A stretch of DNA of 64,000 nt, taken from assembly GCF_006345805.1 (NCBI RefSeq), contig NC_043023.1, positions 4,278,001 through 4,342,000 on the forward strand, written 5' to 3'. Below the pieces are notes generated by a model, which saw only the letters and a program-made list of their open reading frames with translations, had not been told where the DNA came from and ran no database searches. This stretch comes from Octopus sinensis. Lineage: Eukaryota. Each line of letters opens with the position of its first letter. The stretch's first letter is position 1. Both the position numbers and the translations under genes were made by a program. This document shows positions 52,505 through 64,000 of this stretch, piece by piece.

Positions 52505-53219
52505 TCTCTTATTATAAAAGGCAGATTTTATCTGCCTCCCTTTGTCTCTTATAGAAATCTACAATATAGGATTTCTTCAATTACAATTTACCTAGCATTT
52601 TTAAGAGTAGAATACATCGGGTCGTGCCAGGTCCAGTTTTTCAAATTTCAACCCCAATTAAGCAAAATTTCGAGAAAACTCACATTGTGGTGTGTAAGTG
52701 AAGTGCTTTTCTTAGTGTGGGCTACAGCACACACACACAAACGGAGCGAACTGCTTCACTGATGCTATCACCCTAATTTCTCCTCCTTTCTCTTTGCAAG
52801 TGTGCAACGATTAAAATGAAAGTATTTATATAAAACGAGAGAAGTGTACCTTAAACCACTACTCAAAAAAAAACAACACAGCAAACAGAAACAAATAAAT
52901 ACATAACGATTTACTAAAAACACAATTTCTTCAATTAGAGTTTACCTATGATTTTTCAAAATACTTCCATTCGGTCATGGCATACAAAATTTCTTTCAAT
53001 TTCACCCCCATTTCCGAAAAAATTCGAGAAAACTAAATATTTTACCATTTCACTCTGCATATTACTCCCACTTCCTCTTTACACACATAGACACGCAAAT
53101 ATATAAATAAAATTGTAAGCTAACGTGTGTGAGGGTGCGTGTGTGTCTGTGTGTGTGTGTGCGTGTGTGTGAGTGTGTGACAGGGATGAGCAAGTCAAAC
53201 TGGTCATCCTTTTTGCTAG
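52505..53219 (+). mobile_element. Non-autonomous Helitron
   Basis: A|TCTCTTATTATAAAA 5' end; GGATGA...TCATCC hairpin then CTAG. Confidence 0.6.
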
Positions 53220-53525
53220 ATCACCTAACATCTAAAGTTATCTCTAAGTAGCAGTCGCCCAAAAGTGTATATAGACACACACATGTATGTATAATGTGTA
53301 TATATATTTCCATAGAGGTAACCATTCACTCCATACAAAGTTATTTAGGACGAATATAAGATCTAAAGTATATCCAAGTAGCAGAAAGATCGCCCAAAAG
53401 TGTATATAGATATTTAAATGTATTTGTATATTCATCTATACACACATGTATGTATAATGTGTGTGTATATATTTCCATAGAGGTAACCATTCACTCCGCA
53501 CAAAGTTTTTTAGGACAGACGAAAA

Positions 53526-54372
53526 TCTTTATATATAAAAGAAAGGTTGTGTGTCTGTCTACTCCGATTTAGATTCCTAACTACTCCCACATTTTGCGAT
53601 GCAGTTTAACCAAAACCGAGTATCTTATAGTCGTGATTCATATCGAGCCCTTCTGGGTATTAGCGCGCGTCTACGATGAGTCTACGATTTTACAAATAAT
53701 TTACCATCATTTTCTCCCATTTTAATGCATATTTTTTTTAATAAAGGGAAGTAACTCTCAAACTTCACACCAATATGCGTGCTCATATGCAACGTAATAT
53801 CACATCAGCAGCATTTCCTCACACCCTCCTTGCACTTGGCGAAGGCAAAATACCAGGGGATGAAAATGGTAATATTGCCATCGATTCCATTTGTACCATT
53901 GTTAAGACGCCTTCTGATCTCAGAGATGCAGTGTTCCAAGATCTACAAGCTAATTATCAGAATATGGATTGGATTGGCCAAAAGGCTATACTGGCCCCGA
54001 GGAATAAAACTGTTCACCATATTAATGATGAAATGCTAAAACTCATTCCTGGGGAAGTCTATGTATATCAGTCTATCAATACAACTCCTGACCCAGAGGA
54101 CGTCATCAACTATCCAATAGAGGTACTCAATTCCTTTGAGCACCCCGGACTAACACCACACATTCTCAAACTTAAAGTTGGTGCCCCTATAATGCTCATC
54201 AGAAATTTGGTTCCCCCAAAACAATGCAATGGCACACGTTTGATCGTTAAGTCCTTATCTCCCAGCATAAACTTATATCAATATTTGCCTGAATAATCAT
54301 CATAATTCAGTGCAATCATTAACAGTACTTTCAAGCAATTCAGCCCCGAGCAACGCCGGGCAATTCTGCTAG
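53526..54372 (+). mobile_element. Helitron deletion derivative carrying a PIF1 helicase fragment
   Basis: A|TCTTTATATATAAAA 5' end; KAILAPRN...LKLKVGAPIMLIRNL...CNGTRL; CCCGAGCAACGCCGGG hairpin then CTAG|T. Confidence 0.92.
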
Positions 54373-54709
54373 TGTATGTATATATGTATGTATATATATA
54401 TATATGTGTATATATGTATGTATATATATATATATGTGTGTATATATATATATATGTATGTATATATATATGTGTGTATATATATATATATGTGTGTATA
54501 TATATATATATATGTGTGTATATATATAGATATGTATATATATATATATATGTATGTATATATATGCATATATATATATATATGTGTGTTTATATATATA
54601 TATATATATATGTGTATAGGAGAGAATTCACAAAAAACTAAAGACGAAGACAGGAGGTGGTGTACACAACAAACAAGTGTATTAATTTGATACTTGGGAA
54701 GTGAAAGAG

Positions 54710-54747
54710 TCTTTAACATTTCGAGCCTATGCTCTTCCACAGAAAGA
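54710..54747 (-). ncRNA. Degenerate minimal type I hammerhead ribozyme-like motif
   Basis: Minus strand TCTTT-CTGTGGA-A-GAGC-ATAG-GCTC-GAAA-TGTT-AAAGA; stems I and II intact, A6 substituted. Confidence 0.55.
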
Positions 54748-55158
54748 AACAAGGAGAGAAAATAAAGAATGTGTAGTGGCTAGTGATCTATCATGGCGGA
54801 TGCCAGACAGAGGGGTCACACAGGAGAGCTAGGAGGAAGGGGAGATTATAAAGTAGTGGTGATCCCAAAATGAAGGTGCACGTGCGTGTATGGAAGAGGG
54901 GTGGTGACCTTGACGTGTGTATGTGTAGGTATGTGGATGATGGTGTGAGGCTGGGAAGTGGTCAGTGCTAGTGTGTGCTTGGTGGTTTGATGTGGGGGAA
55001 GCAAGGGTAGAGATGGGGTATGTGGGAGTGGGTGTAAGGGATGGATAGGGAAGGTGAGGTTGGATTGTGTAGGGGTGGGGTTACGAGGGAGGAGTGATGA
55101 TGAAGGGAGAGAGGGAACGCAAATGTTTGATATAATAGCATTTGGAATGAAAAAGAAT

Positions 55159-55191
<33 letters not shown>

Positions 55192-55192
<1 letters not shown>

Positions 55193-55957
55193 TAGCAGCT
55201 AAGCCCGGTTTCACCTGGTCTGTTTGGATGATTAGGCATAATCTATAACAGCGTTTCTCAACCTTATCATTTTGGGTCCCCTGTTTCGATTGGAGCCTCC
55301 AGCTGTATGAAAATTTCCTGACTCCCCACCCCGCGTCGGAAAACAGCTTCAGGAGTTGTGAAGAACGAATTTGTATGTAGTAAACGGGAAATTGCATAGT
55401 TTATACCCCATTTCTCCCTTCTATGTAAAAAACCTCCCTACGTTATTTTTTAGTATTATCGATAGGAAAATCCCACCTGGTCATAAATACCACTCCATAT
55501 TTAATAGATCTTGTCTTAAATTATCCTATTCCACCACACCCAATCTTGGATCAATCATTGCAAAAAACAGACTTAAACTTAGAAATAATGAAACCATTAG
55601 AGATAATCTAGCTGATCCTAACATGGAGAACAATAATAAGGACTTGGATATTAAAAATAGTAAGGCTAAATCCGGAAACAGAATAAAAACATGTAATTGT
55701 CGTAATAGGCTTCTGTTTAAGGAGAAATGAACTGAGAAAGATTTGCATAGGTAGTACCATTGACTTTAAAAGTAGATATAGGCGCAGGAATGGCTGTGTG
55801 GTAAGTAGCTTGCTTACCAACCACATGGTTCCGGGTTCAGTCCCACTGCGTGCTACCTTGGGCAAGTGTCTTCTACTATAGCCTTGGACCGACCAAAGCC
55901 TTGTGAGTGGATTTGGTAGACGGAAACTGAAAGAAGCCCGTCGTATATATATATGTA

Positions 55958-55988
<31 letters not shown>

Positions 55989-57119
55989 TTGTCCCCCCAA
56001 CATCGCTTGAAAGGTTACAGTGTGACAAAGAAACAGGTGGTTTGCTATAGAGGAGGTAGGTACATCTCTGGCATACGTCCCAGATATAAAGGTAAAAATA
56101 AAATATTTCCACTTTGCAAGGTTCGAGTCGAGTACTCCCTTGCACGCTCCGTTAACTTGCTTCTATTGTGGTGAATTTACCGCCTCTGGTTAGATATCTT
56201 TCATAGTCACACCAAGACACTTTTCGATGGTGCTTTCCTCCAGGTGTTTAAATCTTTTTTTTTTCTTTACATTGTATACTTTATAGACAATAGTCTTTTC
56301 TTTAATTTAATTTTTTTATTTCATTTGGTGATGTTATCCTAGATTCACTGTCTTTGTCGGTGATCAATCCGAAATAGGTTTGTATTTCTTCCGTTTTAAT
56401 TTTAATGAGTTCGCGCCCGCCGACGGCTGCAGCGAAATTCATTTTGGGACTTTCTTCTATCGAAGTTATTCTAACAAAAATGCTTCCGTATAAACGGTGA
56501 AAATATTGTCAATTTCCCCAAACAGAGACACAATTCAATTTTTAAACAATAACCAAAGGGGGAGGGTTACAGTTTACAATTATTTAACAAATGCAACACA
56601 ACAACGTTTCCCTTACAAGGAACCAACAAACGTGATAACAATAGTTAAACAGTAATAATAATAACAACAAACCTTACGGTGAATCAAAAATCAGTACGCA
56701 GTTGAAGCTATAGTCCTTTATGTATAAGAAATAAAGTAACAGCAGTACTCAGTAGAAGCGGCTGTTCGAGAAAACAGACATTACATACAGCCAAACTTCA
56801 TATAGATACTTAATACTAGCTAATTAGCAGATAATCTAATATCAAAGCTGTGGTAAACGGTATGTGCACAGCTCTATCTGGACTATTCCATTTTTGCACA
56901 CTAATTTTATTTTTAATTTATTCCCATTCATATGAAACCACTTATTCAAGTTCAAGTCATTGATGCAATTTTATACCAATTGCTATTTTTACTTTTGTTA
57001 TGTTACAATTATATTATACTTTAGTTTGATTTTTATTATTACTTGCTACATATAATTCAATTGTTATTATTATCTCTAATTTTTATTGTTAAAGTGAAAG
57101 TATCTGACATAAAATAGAG
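55192..57119 (-). mobile_element. Helitron derivative (5'-truncated by an RTE) enclosing an antisense Penelope-like fragment
   Basis: 3' hairpin CCAGGTGAAACCGGG + CTAG|T at 55192. Segments 56423-56673, 56925-56985 and 57075-57119 match the 5' part of the Helitron at 11307-11850. Confidence 0.7.
55400..56250 (+). mobile_element. Penelope-like linker/GIY-YIG fragment, interrupted by a SINE
   Basis: HKYHSIFNRSCLKLSYSTTPNLGSII...TCNCRN, then CIGST. Confidence 0.75.
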
Positions 57120-57665
57120 CACCACTGTACATGGCTTGTACAGCTCTAACAAGCCACTCCTCTACTTCTAACTTCTTTAGAGACCACTGTATAACAGCAA
57201 GGAACTCTGTTGAAAGATTTCTCCAGATTCATGAAGGCTGAGTACAATGGCTTACTTTTGGCCAAGTACTTTTCTTGCAGCTGTCTCACTAGGAAGGTGG
57301 CATTGGTGGTACTCTCCCCAAGCACAAAACCAAACTGCATCTCATTTGGTTTAATTCTATTTCTTATCAGTTGAGCTATAACTCTATCAGTAATTTTCAT
57401 GACTTGGTCCTCTGTAGTTGTTTCTGTCTAAGGCATCACCTTTACCCTTATAACAGCTAACTATAATGCTACTATACCTGTTGTTGGGGAAGGTGCCTTC
57501 CTGAATAACCTGATCAATTATACGGATGACTAAGCTGTATCCTATGCCATCAGAAATTTTAATCATCTCAGCAGTGATTCCTGATGGCCCAGGAGCTTTC
57601 CCTGTCTTCATGTCCTTAATTGCTTTATCTATTATGCTGCTATCAACTGTGATGGCTGGTTCCTC
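57120..57665 (-). mobile_element. RTE LINE reverse-transcriptase fragment
   Basis: MKTGKAPGPSGITAEM...YKGKGDALDRNNYRG; MQFGFV.GESTTNATFLVRQLQEKY. Confidence 0.9.
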
Positions 57666-57800
57666 AACTGGTTTGATATTTGGTAACAGGTGTGCAAAAT
57701 GGACGTTGAGCAGCCGTAGTGTAAACTAAGCTTACACACCATATAGCTAGTTTGGGCACAGAAGGAAAGCTGTGGTATTTAATAATAATTATTATTCTTA

Positions 57801-58028
57801 AAGGCAGCAAGCTGGCAGAAATGTTAGCGCGCCGGGCGAAATGCTTAGCGGTATTTCGTCTGTTGTTATGTTCTGAGTTCAAATTCCGCCGAGGTTGACT
57901 TTGCTTTTCATCCTTTCGGGGTCGATAAATAAAGTACCAGTTTCGCACTGGGGTCGATGTAATTGACTTAATCCTTTTGTCCTTGTTTGTCCCCTCTATG
58001 TTTAGCCCCTTGTGGGCAGTAAAGAAAT
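57801..58028 (+). mobile_element. Young tRNA-derived SINE (Meta-like core) with 16-bp TSD
   Basis: ATAATTATTATTCTTA at 57785-57800 and 58029-58044; core TTTCATCCTTTCGGGGTCGATAAA..AAGTACCAG. Relatives at ~44717, 46190 and 49437. Confidence 0.9.
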
Positions 58029-60001
58029 ATAATTATTATTCTTATCATTAAAATATTACTACTAAATTAATGTACATTTTTTTCAATCGATAAATTTATC
58101 TCGTAACCATTTTGCAACAGGAGTACGGCTGAAATTGAAATGAAATGAAAGTTATACATGGCCTTAGCAACTAGATATTGAAAGAAATGGGGGAATTCTA
58201 GATTCATTGACTAATTCACATATGAATAATAACAAAAATTTAGCTGTTGATTCAAGAAAGAGCGAACGAGCAAGTTGTTGATTCAAGGAAAAGGAATCTA
58301 TGTGTGTCTTTGTGTCTATGCTTGTCTGCCCACGACCTCTTGGCAACGGGTGTTGGTGCGTTTACTTCTCTGTAACTTAGTGGTTTGGCAAATGAAATTG
58401 ATGGGCTTTAAAATTAAATCTTAGGGTTGATTTGTTCTACTAAAACCCTTAATGGCAGTGTCCCAGTATGGCTGCTGTTCAGTTACTGAAACAAGTAAAA
58501 GGTAAAAGTGATATATAAATATATATATAAATTAGAGAAAAAACACTATTATGTAATTCAAACAATGATAGACTTAAATCACACCATATAGAAAAAATAA
58601 AATATATGATAATTTATATATATATATTTATATTGTGAAATTTGATTTAATACTAAATTGAATTTTTCCCTGTAAGTTTGGAGTTATACTCCCTAATATT
58701 ATTATTATTATTCATTTAGCATCCGCTTTCCATGCTAGCATGGGTTGGACGGTTCAGCTGGGGTCTGGGAAGCCAGAAGGCTGCACCAGGCCCAGTCTGA
58801 TCTGGCAATGTTTCTACAGCTGGATGCCCTTCCTAACGCCAACCACTCTGTGAGTGTAGTGGTAATGCAATCACACTATCTTTAAGATAGCATGTTTTAC
58901 ATTGGTTTGATATCATTGTATCATATATTCCTGTAGTGTATGTGCATAAGTATGCATATGGTATGCATGTTGGGAGAATGCCGGCAAGACATACAACATG
59001 ACTGAAGCTCTAACATCAATAATGGAAAACGTGGGGCTACAAGACGAAATGCAGTTATATTAAGAGAGCGTGTGTTTATAAAGCAATAAAAAATTACTAC
59101 TGGCTGGTGTTAGGAAGGGCATCCAGCTGTAAAAACCCTGCCAAAAGGGACAAAGTATAGTGCAGGCTCCTGTCTGGCCAGCTCCTGTCAAACCGCCCAA
59201 CCCATGCCAGGATGGAAGGCAGACGTTAGATGATGATGATGATATATATTGCAATGCATTTAAAATACAATTAATATTTGTTACTAAACACAATATCTTA
59301 AAAATACTGTTATCCTATTTATTTTTATGTATAGTGAAAAATTTAACCCATTACATTTGCAGTATTGTCACCCTTTTGATGTAAACTGAACAAAAGAAGT
59401 ATATTTTTTGTATATATATAACATGCAGTTGTACAGTTATATATTGTTACTTACAAAATGAAAGTCAAGCAAAGCCAACATATATATTATAGCAACATAG
59501 TATTATGTTAAAGCAATGAGCATATGTACACAAATTTGTCCCAGCAATTTAATTTCTTCATAACTTCAGATAAATGCGTATTTTTTAATTAATTTCCTAT
59601 CATCATCATCTTTTAACGTCTGTTGCCATGCTGGTATGTGTTGGACAGTTTGACCAGGGCTGGTAAACTGAGGGGCTGCACCACACTCCAGTCTGATTTC
59701 ACATGGTTTCTATGGCTGGATGCCCTTCCTGATGCCAACCACTCCAAGAGTGTAGCAGGTGCATTTATGTGCCAATTGCGTGATACCAGTATCTACCATG
59801 ACTATGATTTCACTTGACTTGGGGAAGGTGCCTTCCTGAGTAACCTGATCAACTATATAGGTTGATTTGTTCTACTAAAACCCTTAATGGCAGTGTCCCA
59901 GCATGGCTGCTGTTCAATTACTGAAACGAAAGGGTTGTCAAATGTCTCTTTTCACTGCTTGAAGCATTGTGACATAATAATAATAATAATAGTAATGTTA
60001 A

Positions 60002-61670
60002 TCTTACTCTATATAAAGAAAGATTCTGTCTGTCTGTTCCACAAGGTGAAACTAAAACCAGACACCATCTCTGATTTTCTTTTTTCTCTATCTGTCTATT
60101 TTCCCTCTCTTCCTTTCTCTTTCTTTCTTTCTCTCTCTCCCTCACTAAAAGAACACACACACAGAGGCATCAAATGTTACATTTCTCTGTCAAAATACTG
60201 AAGCAAGAATAAAAGAACACACGCACACACACACACACACACGTACATATATTCATGTTTCTGTTATTTAATACTGTGAGTATCCTCTCTTTCTGTATCT
60301 CTATCTCTCTATTTTCCCTCTCTTTCTGTCACTTTCTCTCCCTGTATTTCTGTCTCTTTCCGATAAGGATGAACTGACCATGTACATAAATGATAATCTT
60401 CCCAAGCTTGTACCTAATCAATGTCGTGCATATTCCACTGTCATAGAAAGTATTAACAATGACACAGGAGGACTTTATCTTCTTAGATGCTCCAGGAGGC
60501 ACTAGGAAAACATTTGTAATTAAACTCCTCCAGGCTAAAGTTTGTCACGAAAATAAAATAGCTTTAGCTACTGCTACTTCTGGGATTGCAGCGACGTTAC
60601 TAGCCAGAGGTTGGACTGCCCATTCAACATTCAAGTTACCTTTAGATTTATCTAACAAACAAGATCCAGTTTGTAATATATCTAATGAGTGAACTAATAC
60701 AAAGATGTCACTTGTCTGGGATGAACAGAGAAGAACAGTTTCTTACACTGAATTCAATATGTAATTCAACTCATTCCGTCGATGAAATCTTTCCTAATCT
60801 TCATAATTACAACAATACAAATTGGATCTGTGAGCGAGTTATCCTGGCTCCAAAATATGTTGCAGTACATAGCATTAATAATACTCTATTGAATAAGCTT
60901 CCAGGAGAAATATTCACTTATAACTCAATTGTCAGTGTTGATGATGATCAGGATAGTATTAACTAGCCCATCAAATTTTTGAACTCACTAGAATCACTAG
61001 GTACAGCTCTTCATTGTCTTCAGCTGAAAAAAGGGATTCCTATTACACTATTGCATAATTTGTCTCAACCAAAATTATACAATGGTACAAGATTAATTGT
61101 GCACAAACTTACAAGGAACTGCATTGAAGAAAAAATTCTCACTGGCTGTGGTAAAGGCGACACTGTCTTCATTCCTCGCATACCAGTTATACCTGTTTCT
61201 TTACTACCCACAAGGGGCTAAACATAGAGGGGAAAAAACAAGGACAGACAAAGGGATTAAGTCGATTACATCGACCCCAGTGCATAACTGGTACTTAATT
61301 TATCGACCCTGAAAGGATAAAAGGCAAAGTCAACCTCAGCGGAATTTGAACTCAGAATGCAGCAGCAGACGAAACACCGCTAAGCATTTCGCCCGGCGTG
61401 CTAACTTTTCTGTCAGCTCGCTGCCTTTATACCAGTTATACCATCTAATGTCCCATTTCAATTAAAACAGTTACAATTTTCTATCCGAGTTTCTTTTGCC
61501 ATGAGCATTAATAAAAGTCAGGGCCAAGCACTAAAAGTTGCTGGATTGCAACTTGAACAACCATGCTTTTTACATGACCAGCTTTATGTAGGAGCATCAT
61601 GTGTGGGAACAAAAGTAAATCTTTTTGCTAATGCACCCTGAAATAAAACAAAAAACATTGTTTATAAAGA
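60002..61670 (+). mobile_element. Decayed Helitron with PIF1 helicase remnants
   Basis: A|TCTTACTCTATATAAAG 5' end; FLDAPGGTRKT, ATSGIAATLL..G.TAHSTFKLP, ERVILAPK, FAMSINKSQGQ. 3' CTAG end not found. Confidence 0.88.
61194..61428 (-). mobile_element. SINE (same family as 57801) inserted in the Helitron helicase, 14-bp TSD
   Basis: ATACCAGTTATACC at 61180-61193 and 61429-61442; the helicase frame resumes after it. Confidence 0.92.
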
Positions 61671-63485
61671 ATATAAAATGTGTATATATGTTTGGGTGTC
61701 TGTGTTTGTTCCCCAACATCGCTTGACAACCGATGCTGGTATGTTTACATCCCCGTAACTTAGCAGTTCGGCAAAAGAGACCGATAGAATAAGTACTAGG
61801 CTCATGAAGAATAAGTCCTGGGGTCGATTTCTTCGATTTGAGGCAGTGTTCCAGCATGGCCACAGTCAAATGACTGAAAGAAGTAAAAGAGTAAATATTC
61901 GCTCTTAATGCAACATGAATACTTCAATAACTTCGTTTCCCATTTACTATCATTACGTTCAAGAATGACTGAATTACCTATTTCATTGAACTGTATTATA
62001 TAATTGCCATTTCTGTATTGATAAATATAATTTTAAAAAAATAAAACTCGCTATTGTCATATAATAAACAAACAGAAGTTCGTGTATGAAGTTCATCTCT
62101 TTTCTACTTCAATTATTATATGAGACACTTGCAAGAGATCAGTCAGCCGGACTATTTGCAGAGCAGCTTTTGGAAACTTGGTGTAGGGAGAGTTCCAATT
62201 GTTGAAGAACAGTCCAAGTTTTTTTTTTTTTTTTTAATTGGGAAAATCGTGCGGGTGTTACTCTGAAAATTTACCAAGAATACTTTCAATCTGGCTTCTG
62301 ATAAACAGTAAAAGTAATTACCCGATCAACGATGGATGGATGTACGTACATGTATGTATGTACGTACGAACGAACGATCGTCGTCATCATCTTCAATTCT
62401 ACTTCTTGCATCTGTGGGTCAGATGAGACTGATTTGGGACAGAATCTTCAATGGTCATCTGCCCTTCATGTTAACCCTCCCTACCCATTTCCAAGCAAAG
62501 TGAAAGTCCAATCCCCCAGACTATTGTGCAATAAACGGCCTGGTTATGTTTAAACCAAGAGTTGGAATATATTCACTATTATTCGATTGTATTTTTCGTA
62601 AAGTGGATTTTCTCATCAGATAACAAAGCAGTTTCCTGACATCTCACGTGATAGAAGAACTACTTAAGTGAAGGGAGACAATCATACAGTGACTGTAGTA
62701 TTGATCACTTCCCATGTATTGCACATTGCTTATAAGCAGGGATTTTTTTTATTCACTGTGTGTGTGTGTGTACGAACATACTTTTTTTAAAATCTTTTAC
62801 TTGTTTCAGTCATTAGACTGCTGCCAAGCTGGGGCACTGCCTTGATGAATATTTAGTTGAATGAATCAACCCCAGTATTTATTTTGATTTTTTAAAGCCT
62901 GGTACTTAATCTGTTGGTCACTTTTTCTGAACCACTAAGTTACAGGGATATGTATTTGTGTGGTATGAAGTTTGCTTCCCAACCACATGGTTCCAGGTTC
63001 AATCCCACTGTGTGGCATCTTGAGCGTTTGCTACTATACACTTTGGTCAACAAAAACGTTGTGAGTGGATTTGATAGATGGAAACTGAAAGAAGCCCATC
63101 GTGTGTGTGCCTGTGTTTGTCCATCACCACTGCTTGACAACCGGTGTTAGTGTTTTAAAGCCTGGTACTTATTCTGTCAATCATTTTTGCTGAACTGCTA
63201 TCATAAAGACACCCACACTCGTCAAGCGAAGGTGGGGGACAAACATAGACACAGAGAAATACACACACACAACAGGCTTATTTCAGTTACCATCAACCAA
63301 ACTCACTCACAAAGCTTTGGTCAGCCTGAGGCTAAGTAGAAGAGAGCTGCCCAAAGTGCCATGCTATGGAACTGAACCTGGAACCATGTGATTGGGAAGC
63401 AAGCTTCTTACCACACAGCTAAATCTACACCTATTGTTTGATTTTATCCTCTGTCTTTAATATTTTTTTTTCGTTTTTTTTCCAG

Positions 63486-63547
63486 ATACCATGTAAACAT
63501 GTATTTTGTTTTGATTGTGCAAAGAAGACAGAAAAGACTTGCCCAAG
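63486..63547 (+). CDS. CBLL1: CBLL1/Hakai coding exon 5 (IPCKHVFCFDCAKKTEKTCPR; second half of C3HC4 RING, phase 2); gene continues beyond the window
   Basis: Long T tract + CCAG acceptor, AG|GTATGT donor; YGRM|IPCKHVFC.DCA is diagnostic of Hakai. Confidence 0.96.
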
Positions 63548-64000
63548 GTATGTACCCTTTCTAATCTGTTTTGACATTAGAGTAGTTGTGAGATGGTCAA
63601 GCACCAAACTAAATGCTTTACAACAGTATTTCTTAATCATTTTTTCCCATGGACCCCTTTGGTTCATACTTTATTTAGAAAGACCCTCCATAGCCTTTCA
63701 ATGTGTATATTAAAATATCCTAATGTATTTTAATAATTAAGTATTATTAAAATTTGTATTAAAAAAATTAAAATATTTTGTGTATTGTAGAAGTATAAGC
63801 AATTTATTGCAGATAAACTTCTTGACATTGTGAATGCAAATTCTTGCCAGTGTTTGAATCATCATCACCACCATCATCATCATTTAACATCCACTTTTGC
63901 GCACTCACATGAGTTGGACAGAGCTTGTTGAAGCAGGATTTTTATGGCCAGATGCCCTTCATGTCACCAACCCTCACCTGTTTCCAACTAGGGTAATATT

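Overview
AT-rich, repeat-dense animal DNA, most likely octopus or another coleoid cephalopod (inferred from the SINE families, the huge TA/CA tracts and the homopolymer-rich coding exon). It contains two divergently oriented spliced genes. On the + strand, five coding exons (38521-63547) splice in frame to the N-terminus and RING finger of CBLL1/Hakai (E3 ligase, m6A writer accessory subunit); the gene continues past the window. On the - strand is a large low-complexity first coding exon (20561-19748) of an unidentified gene whose intron runs off the left edge. The rest is decayed transposons (Helitrons, CR1-like and RTE LINEs, Penelope-like fragments, Tc1/mariner copies including a DD36E-type, piggyBac and other MITEs, many SINEs), a ~7 kb TA/CA tract and a 2.6 kb 53-bp satellite. 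Most interesting signals: (i) three minimal type I hammerhead-ribozyme folds with covarying stems inside short elements embedded in TA tracts; (ii) several independent locally templated inversions/insertions, two forming ~100-bp hairpins inside CBLL1 introns; (iii) a dimeric twin-hairpin satellite grown out of a retroposon 3' module; (iv) a motif-plus-variable-spacer array just upstream of the - strand gene. All calls were made by eye; no database searches were run.
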